This document shows positions 10,489-21,054 of a stretch of DNA of 64,000 nucleotides, one piece after another. The translations under genes were made by a program, and so were the position numbers. A model generated the notes under the pieces. That model was not told the origin of the DNA, searched no databases, and saw nothing but the letters and a program-made list of their open reading frames with translations. Position 1 is the first letter of the stretch. Every line of letters starts with the position of its first letter. The DNA is from Pyrinomonadaceae bacterium. GTDB lineage: Bacteria; Acidobacteriota; Blastocatellia; Pyrinomonadales; Pyrinomonadaceae. Location: NCBI GenBank assembly GCA_046261995.1, contig JBHENP010000016.1:9098-73097 (forward strand). The letters run 5' to 3'.

Positions 10489-11664
10489 ATGCTTCGATTT
10501 AACCTCATCGCCCCAATTTTAATCCTGGTAATCCTTCCAGCTAGTGCAAGCTCACAGCAGGAACACGCGCGGCAAATCCCAAACGGACTGGTGTTGGAGG
10601 TCGTCTACTATAAGGACACAGCTCCGGCATACCAGTCTCTAACTCGAGCAGGTGGTGGGCCTGGAAGGACGTGGTATGGACGCTTCAGTCGTATTCAGAA
10701 TTGGCAGCTACCCGCTGGTGAACTACCTGTCCGGGCCGTCAATATTGTTGCGGGCCTGGATGGGGAGGTCGCCTTCGTAAGTGTTTCCGTCCTTCGCGGG
10801 ATAAAGTTCCACGATCAGGAAACGATGGTTGGTAAGTATCAGCTACGAGAAAACGACAGCATCTCCGTTCAAGAGCTGGAGCTTTTTGGAGTCGAGCCGT
10901 TTCGGATTGCCTTTAAGAGAATTACGCCTCCGGTTCTAAACCAACCCGTAGTGAAGAGTCTGGCGAATTCCGTGGAAATTGTCGGCATCCAACCACTAAC
11001 GTCTACACTTCCGAGGTACAAACTAACGCTCCGCAATCTCTCCGACAAAAACATAATGGCCCTGAGCATTAAAGTTATGAATGCGGGGATTGAGGTCGTT
11101 AGTAGTATGCCGCACGGTAAAGAGGGTTTGCCGCTAATAAGGGCTGGTGCCTTCTTTGACAGCATCGAGCCTTTGAGCACGAAGGCTGTGAGAACGGCCG
11201 GGGGCTTTAGTCCTAACTCGCCCAACTCGCAGGAAACGGTGATTATGGCAGCTGTTTTCGAGGACGGCTCGTATGAAGGTGATCCTGCAGACTCTGCGGC
11301 GTTCAGGGCGCTCACCTTCGGTCGAAAGCTAGCGCTGACAAGGTTAGTGGAGATATTTACAGAGGACCGGGCCGTGTTGTCCGATGAGCAAACACCATCT
11401 CCAGTTTCAGTGTTTATGGATCGCGTGCGCGCAATTTCGGATGACATTGATGCGGCTGCTCTCGCGCCACTGATGAGAGAGTTTCCCAGCTCTACCCCAA
11501 AAGAAAAAACCCGAATGAAAATCGCCGCCGAAGTGGGTATGCACCAGATCAGGAAAGAGCTCCTCGACAATCTGGCCCCGGTTGCGAAAGACCCGCCGTC
11601 TGACTTTCGGTCATGGTTGGCGGGCGTCGAGGAACGGTACCGAACTTGGCTTGCTCGTTTGTGA
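10489..11664 (+). CDS. hypothetical secreted protein
   Basis: 391-aa ORF with a signal-peptide-like N-terminus (ILILVILPASASSQQ). I recognise no motif. The antisense ORF 10869..11570 is Ser-rich and rejected. Confidence 0.6.
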   Translation: MLRFNLIAPILILVILPASASSQQEHARQIPNGLVLEVVYYKDTAPAYQSLTRAGGGPGRTWYGRFSRIQNWQLPAGELPVRAVNIVAGLDGEVAFVSVSVLRGIKFHDQETMVGKYQLRENDSISVQELELFGVEPFRIAFKRITPPVLNQPVVKSLANSVEIVGIQPLTSTLPRYKLTLRNLSDKNIMALSIKVMNAGIEVVSSMPHGKEGLPLIRAGAFFDSIEPLSTKAVRTAGGFSPNSPNSQETVIMAAVFEDGSYEGDPADSAAFRALTFGRKLALTRLVEIFTEDRAVLSDEQTPSPVSVFMDRVRAISDDIDAAALAPLMREFPSSTPKEKTRMKIAAEVGMHQIRKELLDNLAPVAKDPPSDFRSWLAGVEERYRTWLARL

Positions 11665-11719
11665 GTGCGGAGACTAAGTTGCGGTCGTTCTTACAAATCC
11701 TTTTTTGTCGGGTGCTTCC

Positions 11720-12877
11720 TTAAATAATCCTAGCCACCACACATTTCAAATAGTAGGTCTCCGGCACGCTAAGCAGGATAGGATGATCGCTGGCTTGCGT
11801 TCTCTTTTCGATGACTTGCAGCCGGCAATGAGCATCGATTGCAGCTTCCGCAATAATTCCAAGAAACATCTCCTCGGACATGTGGTACGAACACGTGCAA
11901 GTAATGAGCACGCCGCCAGCATTTAGCAGTTTGAGCGCGCGCAGATTGATTTCCTTATATCCGCGCGCGGCCGCCTTGATGCTGCCGCGATTTTTAGCAA
12001 ATGCCGGCGGGTCCAGCACGATCGTGTCAAACCGCTCTCCCGCGTTTTCCATGTCGCGCAGGGCGTCAAAGACATTTGCTTCGTGAAACTCGACGTTGCT
12101 TAAGTTGTTCAGCGCAGCATTTTGCCGCGCGATATTAATCGCCTCAGCTGAAATGTCGATGCCGATAACACTGTCGCACGCAGCCGCGAGATAAAGTGCG
12201 AACGCACCATTAAAAGTAAAGCAATCCAGTCCGCGCCCATGCGCAACCGCGCGCGCCGCCAGACGATTCTCACGCTGATCGAGAAACGAACCCGTTTTCT
12301 GACCGCCCTGCGGAGTCACGAGGAAGCGGATACCGTGTTGGACGATCTCCAACTCCTCCGGCGCTTGTCCGTAAAGCGTGCCGGCCACCAGTTCTAATCC
12401 TTCCAGGGCGCGTACCTTCACGTCATTTCTTTCAATCACCGCGCGTGGCGCGAATTCCTCAACCAGTATTTCGATCAGCAATGACTTAAGTGACTCGGTG
12501 CCCTGAGAAAGCGTCTGTATCACAAAGACATCGTCGTAACGGTCGATGATAAGCGAAGGGAGCAGATCCCCTTCCGAATAAACTAAACGATATGCGTTGG
12601 TGTTAGTGGAAACATGACGACGACCGGCGGCTTCCATTATCCGTCGGCACCACCAATCGCGATCGATCGGCTCGTCCGCAAGCGATAACAAGCGCAGAGC
12701 GATTTGTGAAGCATCACTGTAGAGAGACCGCCCCACAAAGTTTCCGTGTTGATCTCGAACTGCGACTATCGAGCCACCTTGGGCATCTTCGGTATCGACG
12801 ACATCGCTGCGGTAGATCCACAGATGTCCGTTGCGCACCCGGCTGGCGCCGTGTTTTGTGACGGTGACGTTTTTCAT
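11720..12877 (-). CDS. rlmI: class I SAM-dependent rRNA methyltransferase, RlmI-like (PUA + methyltransferase)
   Basis: 385 aa. N-terminal PUA-like region (RVRNGHLWIYRSDV) and a SAM fold (LDCFTFNGAFAL, VLDPPAF). Confidence 0.75.
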   Translation of the reverse strand: MKNVTVTKHGASRVRNGHLWIYRSDVVDTEDAQGGSIVAVRDQHGNFVGRSLYSDASQIALRLLSLADEPIDRDWWCRRIMEAAGRRHVSTNTNAYRLVYSEGDLLPSLIIDRYDDVFVIQTLSQGTESLKSLLIEILVEEFAPRAVIERNDVKVRALEGLELVAGTLYGQAPEELEIVQHGIRFLVTPQGGQKTGSFLDQRENRLAARAVAHGRGLDCFTFNGAFALYLAAACDSVIGIDISAEAINIARQNAALNNLSNVEFHEANVFDALRDMENAGERFDTIVLDPPAFAKNRGSIKAAARGYKEINLRALKLLNAGGVLITCTCSYHMSEEMFLGIIAEAAIDAHCRLQVIEKRTQASDHPILLSVPETYYLKCVVARII

Positions 12878-12957
12878 TGAGTCGATACTCTGACATAGGC
12901 ACGAAGCGATACGCTACCTGGGCATTCGGCCATACCAGCGCGACAACGCTAAATAGT

Positions 12958-13043
12958 TCACGCAAAGACGCAAAGGGGGCAAAGACGCAAAGAAGAACCC
13001 GCATTCAACTTTGCGCCTTTGCTTCCTTTGCGTCTTTGCGTGA
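12958..13043. repeat. palindromic element family A (CACGCAAAGACGCAAAG type), copy 1
   Basis: Arms TCACGCAAAGACGCAAAGGGGGCAAAGACGCAAAG and CTTTGCGCCTTTGCTTCCTTTGCGTCTTTGCGTGA. Confidence 0.85.
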
Positions 13044-13193
13044 AATTCTGCTGCCAAAACCTAATTCAGCATTCTTGTTTCACATACCACACAAAAGCCC
13101 ACTCAATTGCGAGGCCTCACGCACTATGTTAGGCTTCGGGCGCTTCGCATTTTCACTCCGGAAATGGACCGCTTCGAGCTGATACCGAGGGCC

Positions 13194-14804
13194 ATGGCGA
13201 CAAAAACAGATGCTGAGCGTCGCGAGCGCTTTGAAACGCCATCGGGAATAGAGTTGCCCGTCGATTTCAATCCTGAGAATACGGAGCCAGCTAATTACGA
13301 CAACGACCTGGGCGCGCCTGGCGAGTTTCCCTTCACCCGCGGCATCTATCCGAACATGTACCGCGGCCGGCTTTGGACCATGCGCCAGTATGCCGGTTAC
13401 GCTTCTGCTGAAGAATCCAACCTACGTTACAAATATCTCCTCGCCCAGGGCACCACTGGACTTTCGGTGGCTTTCGATCTACCTACCCAAATCGGTTTGG
13501 ACTCGGATGATCGCCTAGCTGCCGGCGAAGTGGGTAAGGTTGGCGTGGCGATCGATTCGCTGGAAGACATGTTGCGGCTTTTTGAAGACATTCCACTCGA
13601 CAATGTGTCCACCTCGATGACGATCAACGCGACCGCGTCTACCTTACTGTGTCTGTATCTCGCGGTGGCCCGCAAACAGAACGTTTCTTTCGACAAAGTT
13701 AAGGGAACGCTGCAGAACGATATTCTCAAGGAGTACATTGCCCGCGGCACGTACATCTATCCACCGGCGCCATCGCTGCGTCTGGTGACAGACAGTTTCG
13801 CTTTTTGCGCCCGGGAAGTGCCGAACTGGAACACAATCTCAATAAGTGGCTACCATATTCGTGAGGCCGGGTCCACAGCCGTTCAGGAAGTTGCGTTCAC
13901 GCTGGGCGACGCGATTGCCTATGTTAAAGCCGCTCGTGACGCGGGCCTGGAAGTTGACGATTTTGCGCCGCGCCTGTCTTTCTTCTTCAATGCACACAGT
14001 AACCTGCTCGAGGAGGTTGCCAAGTTCCGCTCCGCCCGGCGGCTTTGGGCGCGCATTATGAGAGAACGCTTTGGAGCGCGCGACCCACGTTCATTGATGC
14101 TTCGCTTCCATACGCAAACGGCCGGATCCTCACTGACTGCTCAACAGCCGGAAGTCAATGTAGTGCGCACGACGATTCAGGCGCTGGCCGCGGTGCTGGG
14201 CGGCACCCAGTCGTTGCACACAAACGCGATGGACGAAGCTCTTGCGCTACCAACCGAACAGTCCGCCCGCGTGGCGCTTAGAACACAGCAGGTAATCGCG
14301 AACGAATCTGGTGTTGGCGACACGGTTGATCCGCTGGCCGGCTCGTATGCAATCGAACAACTCACCGACGAAATTGAAGCTCGTGCCACAGAATATCTGG
14401 AAAAGATCGATGCGATGGGAGGCATGCTGCGAGCGATTGAGTTGGGTTATGTGCAGCGCGAAATTCAGGAGTCCGCCTATCGGTATCAGCGAGCCATAGA
14501 AACTCGCGATGCGATCGTTGTAGGAGTTAATCGTTATCAGATTGAAGAGGAATCGCCCGTATCTATTCTTCGAGTGGATCCGGCAGTCGAACAAGCGCAG
14601 GTGGAACGGCTACGTGCACTTCGCGACCGCCGCGACTCGCGGACAGTTGAGACTGCGCTGTCCCGACTTGAGGAAGGCGCTCGCGGCACGGAAAACCTCT
14701 TGCCTAGGATTCTTGAGTGCGTCGAGGCTTACGCGACCGTCGGCGAGATCAGCAACCGTTTGCGCGGTGTCTGGGGAGAGTATCGCGAAACTGCCACTGT
14801 CTAG
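13194..14804 (+). CDS. methylmalonyl-CoA mutase family, catalytic (large N-terminal) domain only
   Basis: [35 protein letters not shown] and [14 protein letters not shown] motifs. There is no C-terminal B12-binding domain. Start moved to the ATG at 13194 (GAGGG upstream). Confidence 0.9.
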   Translation: MATKTDAERRERFETPSGIELPVDFNPENTEPANYDNDLGAPGEFPFTRGIYPNMYRGRLWTMRQYAGYASAEESNLRYKYLLAQGTTGLSVAFDLPTQIGLDSDDRLAAGEVGKVGVAIDSLEDMLRLFEDIPLDNVSTSMTINATASTLLCLYLAVARKQNVSFDKVKGTLQNDILKEYIARGTYIYPPAPSLRLVTDSFAFCAREVPNWNTISISGYHIREAGSTAVQEVAFTLGDAIAYVKAARDAGLEVDDFAPRLSFFFNAHSNLLEEVAKFRSARRLWARIMRERFGARDPRSLMLRFHTQTAGSSLTAQQPEVNVVRTTIQALAAVLGGTQSLHTNAMDEALALPTEQSARVALRTQQVIANESGVGDTVDPLAGSYAIEQLTDEIEARATEYLEKIDAMGGMLRAIELGYVQREIQESAYRYQRAIETRDAIVVGVNRYQIEEESPVSILRVDPAVEQAQVERLRALRDRRDSRTVETALSRLEEGARGTENLLPRILECVEAYATVGEISNRLRGVWGEYRETATV

Positions 14805-14808
14805 TTAT

Positions 14809-15750
14809 ATGAATCGAAGACAATTTACCAAAGCGCTCGGAATGGGAACGGTGGCATTGAGTGTCGGCGGAATCAGTGTTGCCGCCGTTGCGCGCTCCCC
14901 TGAAATCGCTATCACTATCGACGATTTCAATTGGAACAAGTCCGTCAGGTTAAGTCCTGATGAATGCAACCGCGCGCTTTTGCAAGCGCTGCGCTCGCAT
15001 GGCGATTTGAAAGCTGCGCTATTCGTTGCCTGCAGAAATGTGGATACGGACAAAGGCAAGGAACTACTCCGGGAGTGGGACCGGGCCGGACATTTAATCG
15101 CCAACCACTCCTTCTCGCACAAGTACCTCAATAGCAAAAACGTTAAGGTCGATGATTTCACGGCGGACATCGCCCGGTGCGACGAGATAATCCGGAGTTA
15201 CCCGCGCTTCCAGAAACTGTTTCGTTTTCCTTATCTGAAGGAAGGCGATACGGCGGCGAAGCGTGATGCCGTCCGGGCATTCCTCGCGCAACAGGGGTAT
15301 CGCAACGGGCATGTAACCATCGACGCCTCGGATTGGGCTATCGAAGATCGTCTCAGCGCGCGGCTTACCAAGGATCCAGCGGCGGAGGTGAAGCCCTACC
15401 GCGATTTCTATCTGGCCCACATGTGGGAACGCGCTCAATACTACGACGATCTGGCGCGCAGAGTGCTTGGTAGAAGCGTTAAGCATACAATCCTAATGCA
15501 TTACAATCTTTTGAATGCGCTGTTCCTGGGAGACCTGCTCGACATGTTCAAGAGTAAGGGATGGAAGTTAATTGATGCTCGAGAGGCTTTTAAGGATCCA
15601 GTGTTTCAATCGGAGCCAAAGATTGTGCCGGCGGGCGAAAGCATCATCTGGGCGTTGGCGAAAGATACTGGCAAATTCGAGAATTTGCTCCGCTATCCCG
15701 GGGAAGACAGCCAGTATGAGAAGGCGAAGATGGATAAGATGGGGCTGTAA
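14809..15750 (+). CDS. polysaccharide deacetylase (NodB-type) with twin-arginine signal
   Basis: Starts [13 protein letters not shown] (Tat motif) 4 nt after the mutase stop. ITIDDF and IANHSFSH motifs. The track N-terminal extension overlaps the mutase gene and is discarded. Confidence 0.8.
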   Translation: MNRRQFTKALGMGTVALSVGGISVAAVARSPEIAITIDDFNWNKSVRLSPDECNRALLQALRSHGDLKAALFVACRNVDTDKGKELLREWDRAGHLIANHSFSHKYLNSKNVKVDDFTADIARCDEIIRSYPRFQKLFRFPYLKEGDTAAKRDAVRAFLAQQGYRNGHVTIDASDWAIEDRLSARLTKDPAAEVKPYRDFYLAHMWERAQYYDDLARRVLGRSVKHTILMHYNLLNALFLGDLLDMFKSKGWKLIDAREAFKDPVFQSEPKIVPAGESIIWALAKDTGKFENLLRYPGEDSQYEKAKMDKMGL

Positions 15751-15863
15751 CTCTTCTCACTGACTCTTTGCGACCTGTTTGTAGTTCATTTATTTTTGTG
15801 AAGGATTTGGAGCGTGATTTGTACGAGGGTAACGAAGAAGTCACCCAGACACGACGCAGTAGA

Positions 15864-16931
15864 ATGTCACACCTTCTCGAAGTTCGAAATTTAGAAACTC
15901 ATTTTCCTACCCGCGCGGGACTGGTGCGGGCGGTGAATGGCGTTAGCTTTCATCTGGGACGCGGTGAATTACTCGGGCTGGTGGGCGAGTCGGGTTGCGG
16001 CAAATCCATAACTGCGCTCTCGATCATGCGGTTGATTGCGCCGCCCGGTAGGATTGTCGGCGGTGAGATTATTTTTGACGGAACGAACCTGCTGAAACTT
16101 TCGGAAGAAGATATGCGGCAGATTCGCGGTGACGACATCGCCATGATTTTTCAGGATCCGATGACGTCACTCAACCCCGTCTTTAAAGTGGGCGAACAGA
16201 TTGCGGAGGCGCTCCGGCTTCATCGCAAACTCTCGCGGAAAGACGCTCGGCAGTCGGCCATCGACGCAATGCGCGAAGTTGCGATTCCAGATCCAGCTCG
16301 CCGTGCCGATGATTATCCTCATCAGCTATCCGGTGGCATGCGCCAACGGGTGATGATTGCTATGGCGCTAGCCTGTAATCCCAAACTCCTGATTGCCGAT
16401 GAGCCCACCACTGCTCTTGATGTCACCATTCAGGCTCAGATCCTAGAACTCCTGGATGGGTTGAGAAAGTCGCGTGAGCTGGCCGTGCTTTTGATTACTC
16501 ACGATCTAGGCGTGGTGGCTGAGGTGGCGGACCGAGTCGCCGTAATGTATACGGGGAAGATTGTGGAAGAGTCGCCGGTTGAGGAGTTGTTTGCGCGACC
16601 CAGACATCCTTACACGGAAGGGTTGCTTCGTTCGGTTCCGAAGCTGACTGCGGAACATGTGGCGAAGAAAGAAAGGCTCGAGACGATTGAAGGCGTGGTT
16701 CCGAACCCTACAGATCTGCCGCTCGGATGTCATTTCGCTCCGCGTTGCCATTATCGTTTGCCGCGCTGCACCGAAGGTGAGATCCCGCTCTACGATCTGG
16801 AAGGTGAAGTGAAGGTGCGTTGCGTACTCTTTGACCTGGCTGCAGCAGTGACTGCGGACCATCACAAACAATCCGCAAATTACGCAGATTCCACAGATAA
16901 AAGGCTGGGGCAGCCGAGCAATTGCTTATAA
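15864..16931 (+). CDS. oppD: oligopeptide/dipeptide ABC transporter ATP-binding protein (OppD/DppD type)
   Basis: Walker A GESGCGKS, signature LSGGMRQR, Walker [13 protein letters not shown] and the Opp C-terminal Cys motif. The last ~20 codons run into a repeat element. Confidence 0.88.
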   Translation: MSHLLEVRNLETHFPTRAGLVRAVNGVSFHLGRGELLGLVGESGCGKSITALSIMRLIAPPGRIVGGEIIFDGTNLLKLSEEDMRQIRGDDIAMIFQDPMTSLNPVFKVGEQIAEALRLHRKLSRKDARQSAIDAMREVAIPDPARRADDYPHQLSGGMRQRVMIAMALACNPKLLIADEPTTALDVTIQAQILELLDGLRKSRELAVLLITHDLGVVAEVADRVAVMYTGKIVEESPVEELFARPRHPYTEGLLRSVPKLTAEHVAKKERLETIEGVVPNPTDLPLGCHFAPRCHYRLPRCTEGEIPLYDLEGEVKVRCVLFDLAAAVTADHHKQSANYADSTDKRLGQPSNCL

Positions 16932-17027
16932 GCCTGATTCCAAAAAGGACGCGTCCGTGAAGCTGTATAAACCATTCAACCTAACCGATTCGTATAAAAA
17001 TCTGTGTAATCGGCGTAATCTGTGGAT
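16871..17027. repeat. palindromic element spanning the oppD 3' end and oppF 5' end
   Basis: 28-nt arms ATCCGCAAATTACGCAGATTCCACAGAT (16871..16898) and ATCTGTGTAATCGGCGTAATCTGTGGAT (17000..17027). 24 of 28 positions are complementary. Confidence 0.6.
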
Positions 17028-18032
17028 GCCTCCGATGGTCTAGTGAGCACAACTCAACAACAACTCGTCAACGTTCGTCATCTAGTCAAACACTTTCCGG
17101 TCGAGGGAAGCGACGACGTTGTGCGCGCGGTTGATGACGTAAGTTTCGAAATCCTGCGGGGGGAGACTTTGGGCCTGGTTGGAGAATCAGGTTGCGGAAA
17201 GTCTACTGTAGGTCGTTGTCTGTTACGGCTGATTGAACCAACGGCAGGCGAAATCGACTTCGAGGGTCGCAACGTGCGCTCGTTGAACAGAAACGATTTG
17301 CGAGAGTTGCGCAGGGAGATGCAGATCGTTTTTCAGGACCCCTACGCTTCGCTCAACCCGCGCATGAAAGTTGGCGATATCGTGGGAGAGCCGCTGGTAA
17401 TTCACAAAATCGGAACGAAGAACGAACGGCGCGAACGCGTAGGTGAGCTGTTGCGACGCGTTGGACTAGATCCTGATTACCGCAAACGCTACCCACACGA
17501 GTTTTCCGGTGGGCAGCGCCAACGGATCGGTGTGGCTCGCACGTTAGCTCTAAATCCAAAGTTGATAGTCGCAGATGAGCCGGTTTCAGCTCTAGACGTT
17601 TCGGTTCAGGCCCAGGTCGTCAATCTGCTGCAGGATCTTCAGAAGGAGTTCGGCCTCACCTATCTTTTCATCTCGCACGGTCTCGCCGTCGTCGAGCACA
17701 TCTCAACGCGGGTGGCGGTGATGTACCTCGGACGGATTGTGGAAATTGCCAGTGCGGCAGACCTATACCTGCGACCGCTTCACCCCTACACACAGGCTTT
17801 GCTCTCGGCGATTCCGGTCCCGGATCCGAAACGAAAACGCGAGCGCATCGTATTGCAAGGCGATGTGCCCACGCCTATCAATCCACCCTCCGGCTGCAGG
17901 TTTCGCACCCGTTGCCCCATTGCCATTCAAGAGTGTGCGCGGATCGATCCGGAGTTGCGCGAATTGTCCCCGGGCCACCGGGTCGCATGCATTCGAGTAC
18001 CGGGCTGGAGTGAAGCGCCCAAAGCGGAGTAA
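17022..18032 (+). CDS. oppF: oligopeptide/dipeptide ABC transporter ATP-binding protein (OppF/DppF type)
   Basis: [29 protein letters not shown] and a C-terminal [12 protein letters not shown] motif. The GTG start at 17022 is uncertain because it lies inside the repeat arm. Confidence 0.88.
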   Translation: MDASDGLVSTTQQQLVNVRHLVKHFPVEGSDDVVRAVDDVSFEILRGETLGLVGESGCGKSTVGRCLLRLIEPTAGEIDFEGRNVRSLNRNDLRELRREMQIVFQDPYASLNPRMKVGDIVGEPLVIHKIGTKNERRERVGELLRRVGLDPDYRKRYPHEFSGGQRQRIGVARTLALNPKLIVADEPVSALDVSVQAQVVNLLQDLQKEFGLTYLFISHGLAVVEHISTRVAVMYLGRIVEIASAADLYLRPLHPYTQALLSAIPVPDPKRKRERIVLQGDVPTPINPPSGCRFRTRCPIAIQECARIDPELRELSPGHRVACIRVPGWSEAPKAE

Positions 18033-18165
18033 GACAACACGACTCGAAACATAAATCTACGAAAGCTCGTATGAAGCGCAACGAAGCAGAACGTGGTTAG
18101 GGTCGATTGTTGTTTTCAGTTGGACGGTAACGATCTCCCCGTCCTCAACCCCAGGAGGAAAATTA

Positions 18166-19140
18166 ATGAGCGAAACCTTTCAACCGCCGGCAGCTGATGC
18201 GCCGGCTCCCCGTCCAACGCACTTGAGAGTACCGGCGATCGCCTTGTTCGTAATCGGGGTCTTGATTGCCACCGCCGGCGCACTGAAGTTTGTCCCTGGC
18301 GGCCTGGGCACCGGTGGGGCACTGGCTTTTTGGGGCGCACTTTTGTTCGGGCTTAGTTTCGTGCGTCTTCCTAAACGGGCGCCCGATGCGCCGCCGGAGA
18401 TGTCGGTTATGGAGAAGCTTGGCGGCATCTTTTATGAACCGAGCCGGGTGTTCCAAAACCTTAAAGCCTACCCTCGCTGGCTGGTGCCTTTCCTCTTGAT
18501 AGCGATTCTCAGCAGCGTCTATTACGTGGCATTCGTGCAGCGTCTGACGGCAGAGCGAATCGTTTCTTACACTGCGGACAAGATGGCTGAAACGCCGTTC
18601 ATCCCGCCTCAGGCGGTTCAGCAGGCGCGCGAAGACGGATTGGACCAGGCCAAGAATCCTGTTCAGAAGGTGGGGACGGCAATCAAGACGTTTGTAGGCG
18701 TGTTTGCTTTCATGGCGTTTCTGGCCGCCCTCTACATGTTAGGTGTTCTTGCCTTTGGCGGGCGCATCAACTTTTGGCAGGCCTTTGCGGCTTTGATTTA
18801 TGCGAGCGTGCCCATTGTGGTTATTCAGAAAGTAATCAGTCTGATCCTGCTTTACATAAAATCTCCTGACGACATTCATCCGATCATGGGCCAAGAGACT
18901 CTGGTTCAGGACAATCTGGGAATCCTCTTCACGCCTGCCGAACGTCCGGTGCTGTTCGTGATTGCCAGCTCTATTGGCCTGTTGTCCTTTTACGGTTTGT
19001 GGTTAAAAGCTACGGGCTTACGCCACGCCGGCCAGCGCGTCACCAAGGCTGCCGCCTGGGGAACCGCGATCACCTTCTGGCTGCTGGGACTACTGTTCAT
19101 AGTTATCATCACCGCGCTATTCCCGAGCTTCATCTCGTGA
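18166..19140 (+). CDS. multi-pass membrane protein, Yip1-domain-like
   Basis: 324 aa with AGGAGG 7 nt upstream of the ATG. About 6 hydrophobic helices. The Yip1 assignment is from general resemblance only. Confidence 0.55.
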   Translation: MSETFQPPAADAPAPRPTHLRVPAIALFVIGVLIATAGALKFVPGGLGTGGALAFWGALLFGLSFVRLPKRAPDAPPEMSVMEKLGGIFYEPSRVFQNLKAYPRWLVPFLLIAILSSVYYVAFVQRLTAERIVSYTADKMAETPFIPPQAVQQAREDGLDQAKNPVQKVGTAIKTFVGVFAFMAFLAALYMLGVLAFGGRINFWQAFAALIYASVPIVVIQKVISLILLYIKSPDDIHPIMGQETLVQDNLGILFTPAERPVLFVIASSIGLLSFYGLWLKATGLRHAGQRVTKAAAWGTAITFWLLGLLFIVIITALFPSFIS

Positions 19141-19194
19141 CAGGTTATACTTATTGGAAGGGCTGTGACCCAGTCAGGAGGAAAAAAGCATGCA

Positions 19195-19419
19195 CTACAG
19201 CTTTAATACATAGAAGCCCAGATAAATTCCAGCCGAGAGTATCGCCACACATGTCCCGAACGTGAACGTCACGATTCGGGTCAAGCGAGCGACTTGCACT
19301 CTCCGAAACCTTATCAGGTGGCCGGCATAGAGCCCCAACTTGTCGCTCGCTATCATGACTAACACACCGATAATGAAATTGTAGACAACAATGTACATGC
19401 TGAAATCAATTGTTTTCAC
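19195..19419 (-). CDS. hypothetical small membrane protein
   Basis: 74 aa with a GTG start and GAGGAG 8 nt upstream. Two hydrophobic helices. Confidence 0.45.
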   Translation of the reverse strand: MKTIDFSMYIVVYNFIIGVLVMIASDKLGLYAGHLIRFRRVQVARLTRIVTFTFGTCVAILSAGIYLGFYVLKL

Positions 19420-19618
19420 GATAGTTTCTCCTCTGCGGGGGACAATTCGGAAGGACAGCGCATAGAAAGCGCGCGGTTCATAGAGGCGGGAAGGGTGTGG
19501 TTAAGGCACCAATCTGCTTAAGCAGGATAGCCTTATCGAGAGCAAAAGAGAAGATTATTCATGATCGGTCTCGCGAGCAGCACCTCTGGTCGCCTAACTG
19601 CTTTTGAATCAGCCCTCG

Positions 19619-20875
19619 CTACTCGTATCTGAGTGACTCAATCGGATCGAGGCGGGCGGCCTTCCATGCGGGCCAGAGCCCGAATATCAGACCGATGCCG
19701 ACACTGGCCACGAAGCCACCTATCGGCGCCCAGAGCGGCACGTAAGAGGGAAGCAGGAGCCGGAGCAGGAAAGTTGAGAGCCAACCTATCGAGAGGCCGA
19801 CTATCCCGCCAATGCCTGTGAGAGTTGCCGCTTCTATTAAAAACTGCCACATGATGTCGCTGCGCTTGGCCCCGATCGCCTTACGCACACCGATTTCCCG
19901 GGTGCGTTCAGTGACTGAAACCAGCATGATATTCATTACGCCGATTCCACCAACCATCAATCCTACGGAAGAGATCACCACCATGGCGATGGCGAGCCCG
20001 GCAGTAATCGAGCGGAAGTTATCGAGGATGCTTTCGGAGGTCTCCATACCGAAGTTGTCGGGCGCTGCAAACGGCACTTGCCGCCGCACCCGCAACAGAT
20101 CACGCACCTGATCTTTTGCCTCATCCATCTGGCCAGCTCTCCCGACGGCGAGAATAAAGACGTCGTCCTCGTTAGGTTTGAGTTTCCTGGCGACACCGAA
20201 AGGCAGATAGATGACATTGTTTTGATCGTCGCTGCCGCCACTGATGAGAAACTGCTCGCGTTTCTGCAGAGTGCCGACCACTTTAAACTCATCGGAGCCA
20301 ACCTTGATCGTCTGTCCGACAGGCGAACCAAACTTGAAAAAGTCGTCCGCCACCTTTGAACCGATTACGCACACATCTTGCTTCGTGTCTTCTTCCGACT
20401 GAGTAAAAAACCTTCCTTCTGAAACAACCTGAGTTCCTGCACGTTCAAATTCCGGTAAGGTGCCCTGCAACGCTACTCCGGCGCTGGTCTTTCCACCACC
20501 GGAAACCAGCAGCTTCTGGCCGAAGAAGTTATTTGTGATATCGAGGAAGGGTACAGACAATTCGACGGCGGGTAGATTGGAAAGCGCGATAGCATCGTCG
20601 TAAGTCAATTCCTTGCGCATGCGCTCTTCACGCGACCGGCGTCCCACGTGAATCCCCGGACTAAACTTACTGATGAAGATCGACCGCGTGCCGAAGGATT
20701 CCACTTCTTTCTTCACTGACACATCGATACCGCTGATGATTGAAGCAATCAACATGACGGTGATCACACCGATCACCACGCCGAACACGGTAAGAAATGA
20801 GCGAAGTTTATTGGCCAGCAACGTCGACAACGCCATCCTGAGATTCTCATAAATGTCGCTACGTAGAAGTTTCAT
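19619..20875 (-). CDS. MacB-type ABC transporter permease (FtsX domain), paralog 4
   Basis: N-terminal TM helix, large periplasmic domain and C-terminal FtsX region with NIMLVSVTERTREIGVRKAIGA. Ends PAWKAARLDPIESLRYE. Confidence 0.9.
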   Translation of the reverse strand: MKLLRSDIYENLRMALSTLLANKLRSFLTVFGVVIGVITVMLIASIISGIDVSVKKEVESFGTRSIFISKFSPGIHVGRRSREERMRKELTYDDAIALSNLPAVELSVPFLDITNNFFGQKLLVSGGGKTSAGVALQGTLPEFERAGTQVVSEGRFFTQSEEDTKQDVCVIGSKVADDFFKFGSPVGQTIKVGSDEFKVVGTLQKREQFLISGGSDDQNNVIYLPFGVARKLKPNEDDVFILAVGRAGQMDEAKDQVRDLLRVRRQVPFAAPDNFGMETSESILDNFRSITAGLAIAMVVISSVGLMVGGIGVMNIMLVSVTERTREIGVRKAIGAKRSDIMWQFLIEAATLTGIGGIVGLSIGWLSTFLLRLLLPSYVPLWAPIGGFVASVGIGLIFGLWPAWKAARLDPIESLRYE

Positions 20876-21054
20876 AATTTGTACTTTGTCAGTAGTCAGT
20901 TGCTCATTTGTACTTAGTTATTTGGTCTTTGTGCTTTGCCTTCTGCTCTATATTGGAGGTTAGCTGCAAGATTGGGTCGCATGCAAAGTACAAAGCTCCA
21001 AGCACTAAGTTCATTAATCAAACTACTGACCACTGACAACGGACCACTGACAGT
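20876..21054. repeat. heptad-periodic palindromic element
   Basis: It fills the whole gap between two permease genes. Left arm units: ctttgtc/agtagtc/agttgct/catttgt/acttagt/... Right arm units: .../actgacc/actgaca/acggacc/actgaca. Confidence 0.7.

Noticed and set aside
10869-11570. 233-aa minus-strand ORF; similar long antisense ORFs at 24269..25087, 26000..26572, 40599..41354, 36745..37287 and 63076..63630
   Set aside because: All lie antisense to genes with clear motifs or signal peptides. They have Ser/Arg/Pro-rich composition typical of shadow ORFs in GC-rich DNA.
13107-13193. Track N-terminal extensions of the mutase (13107), deacetylase (14542), oppD (15768), aminotransferase (49969), hemB (53986), S41 protease (8659) and hydrolase (60124)
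   Set aside because: Each extension overlaps an upstream gene or repeat. Each is superseded by an internal ATG with a better RBS and a canonical N-terminus.
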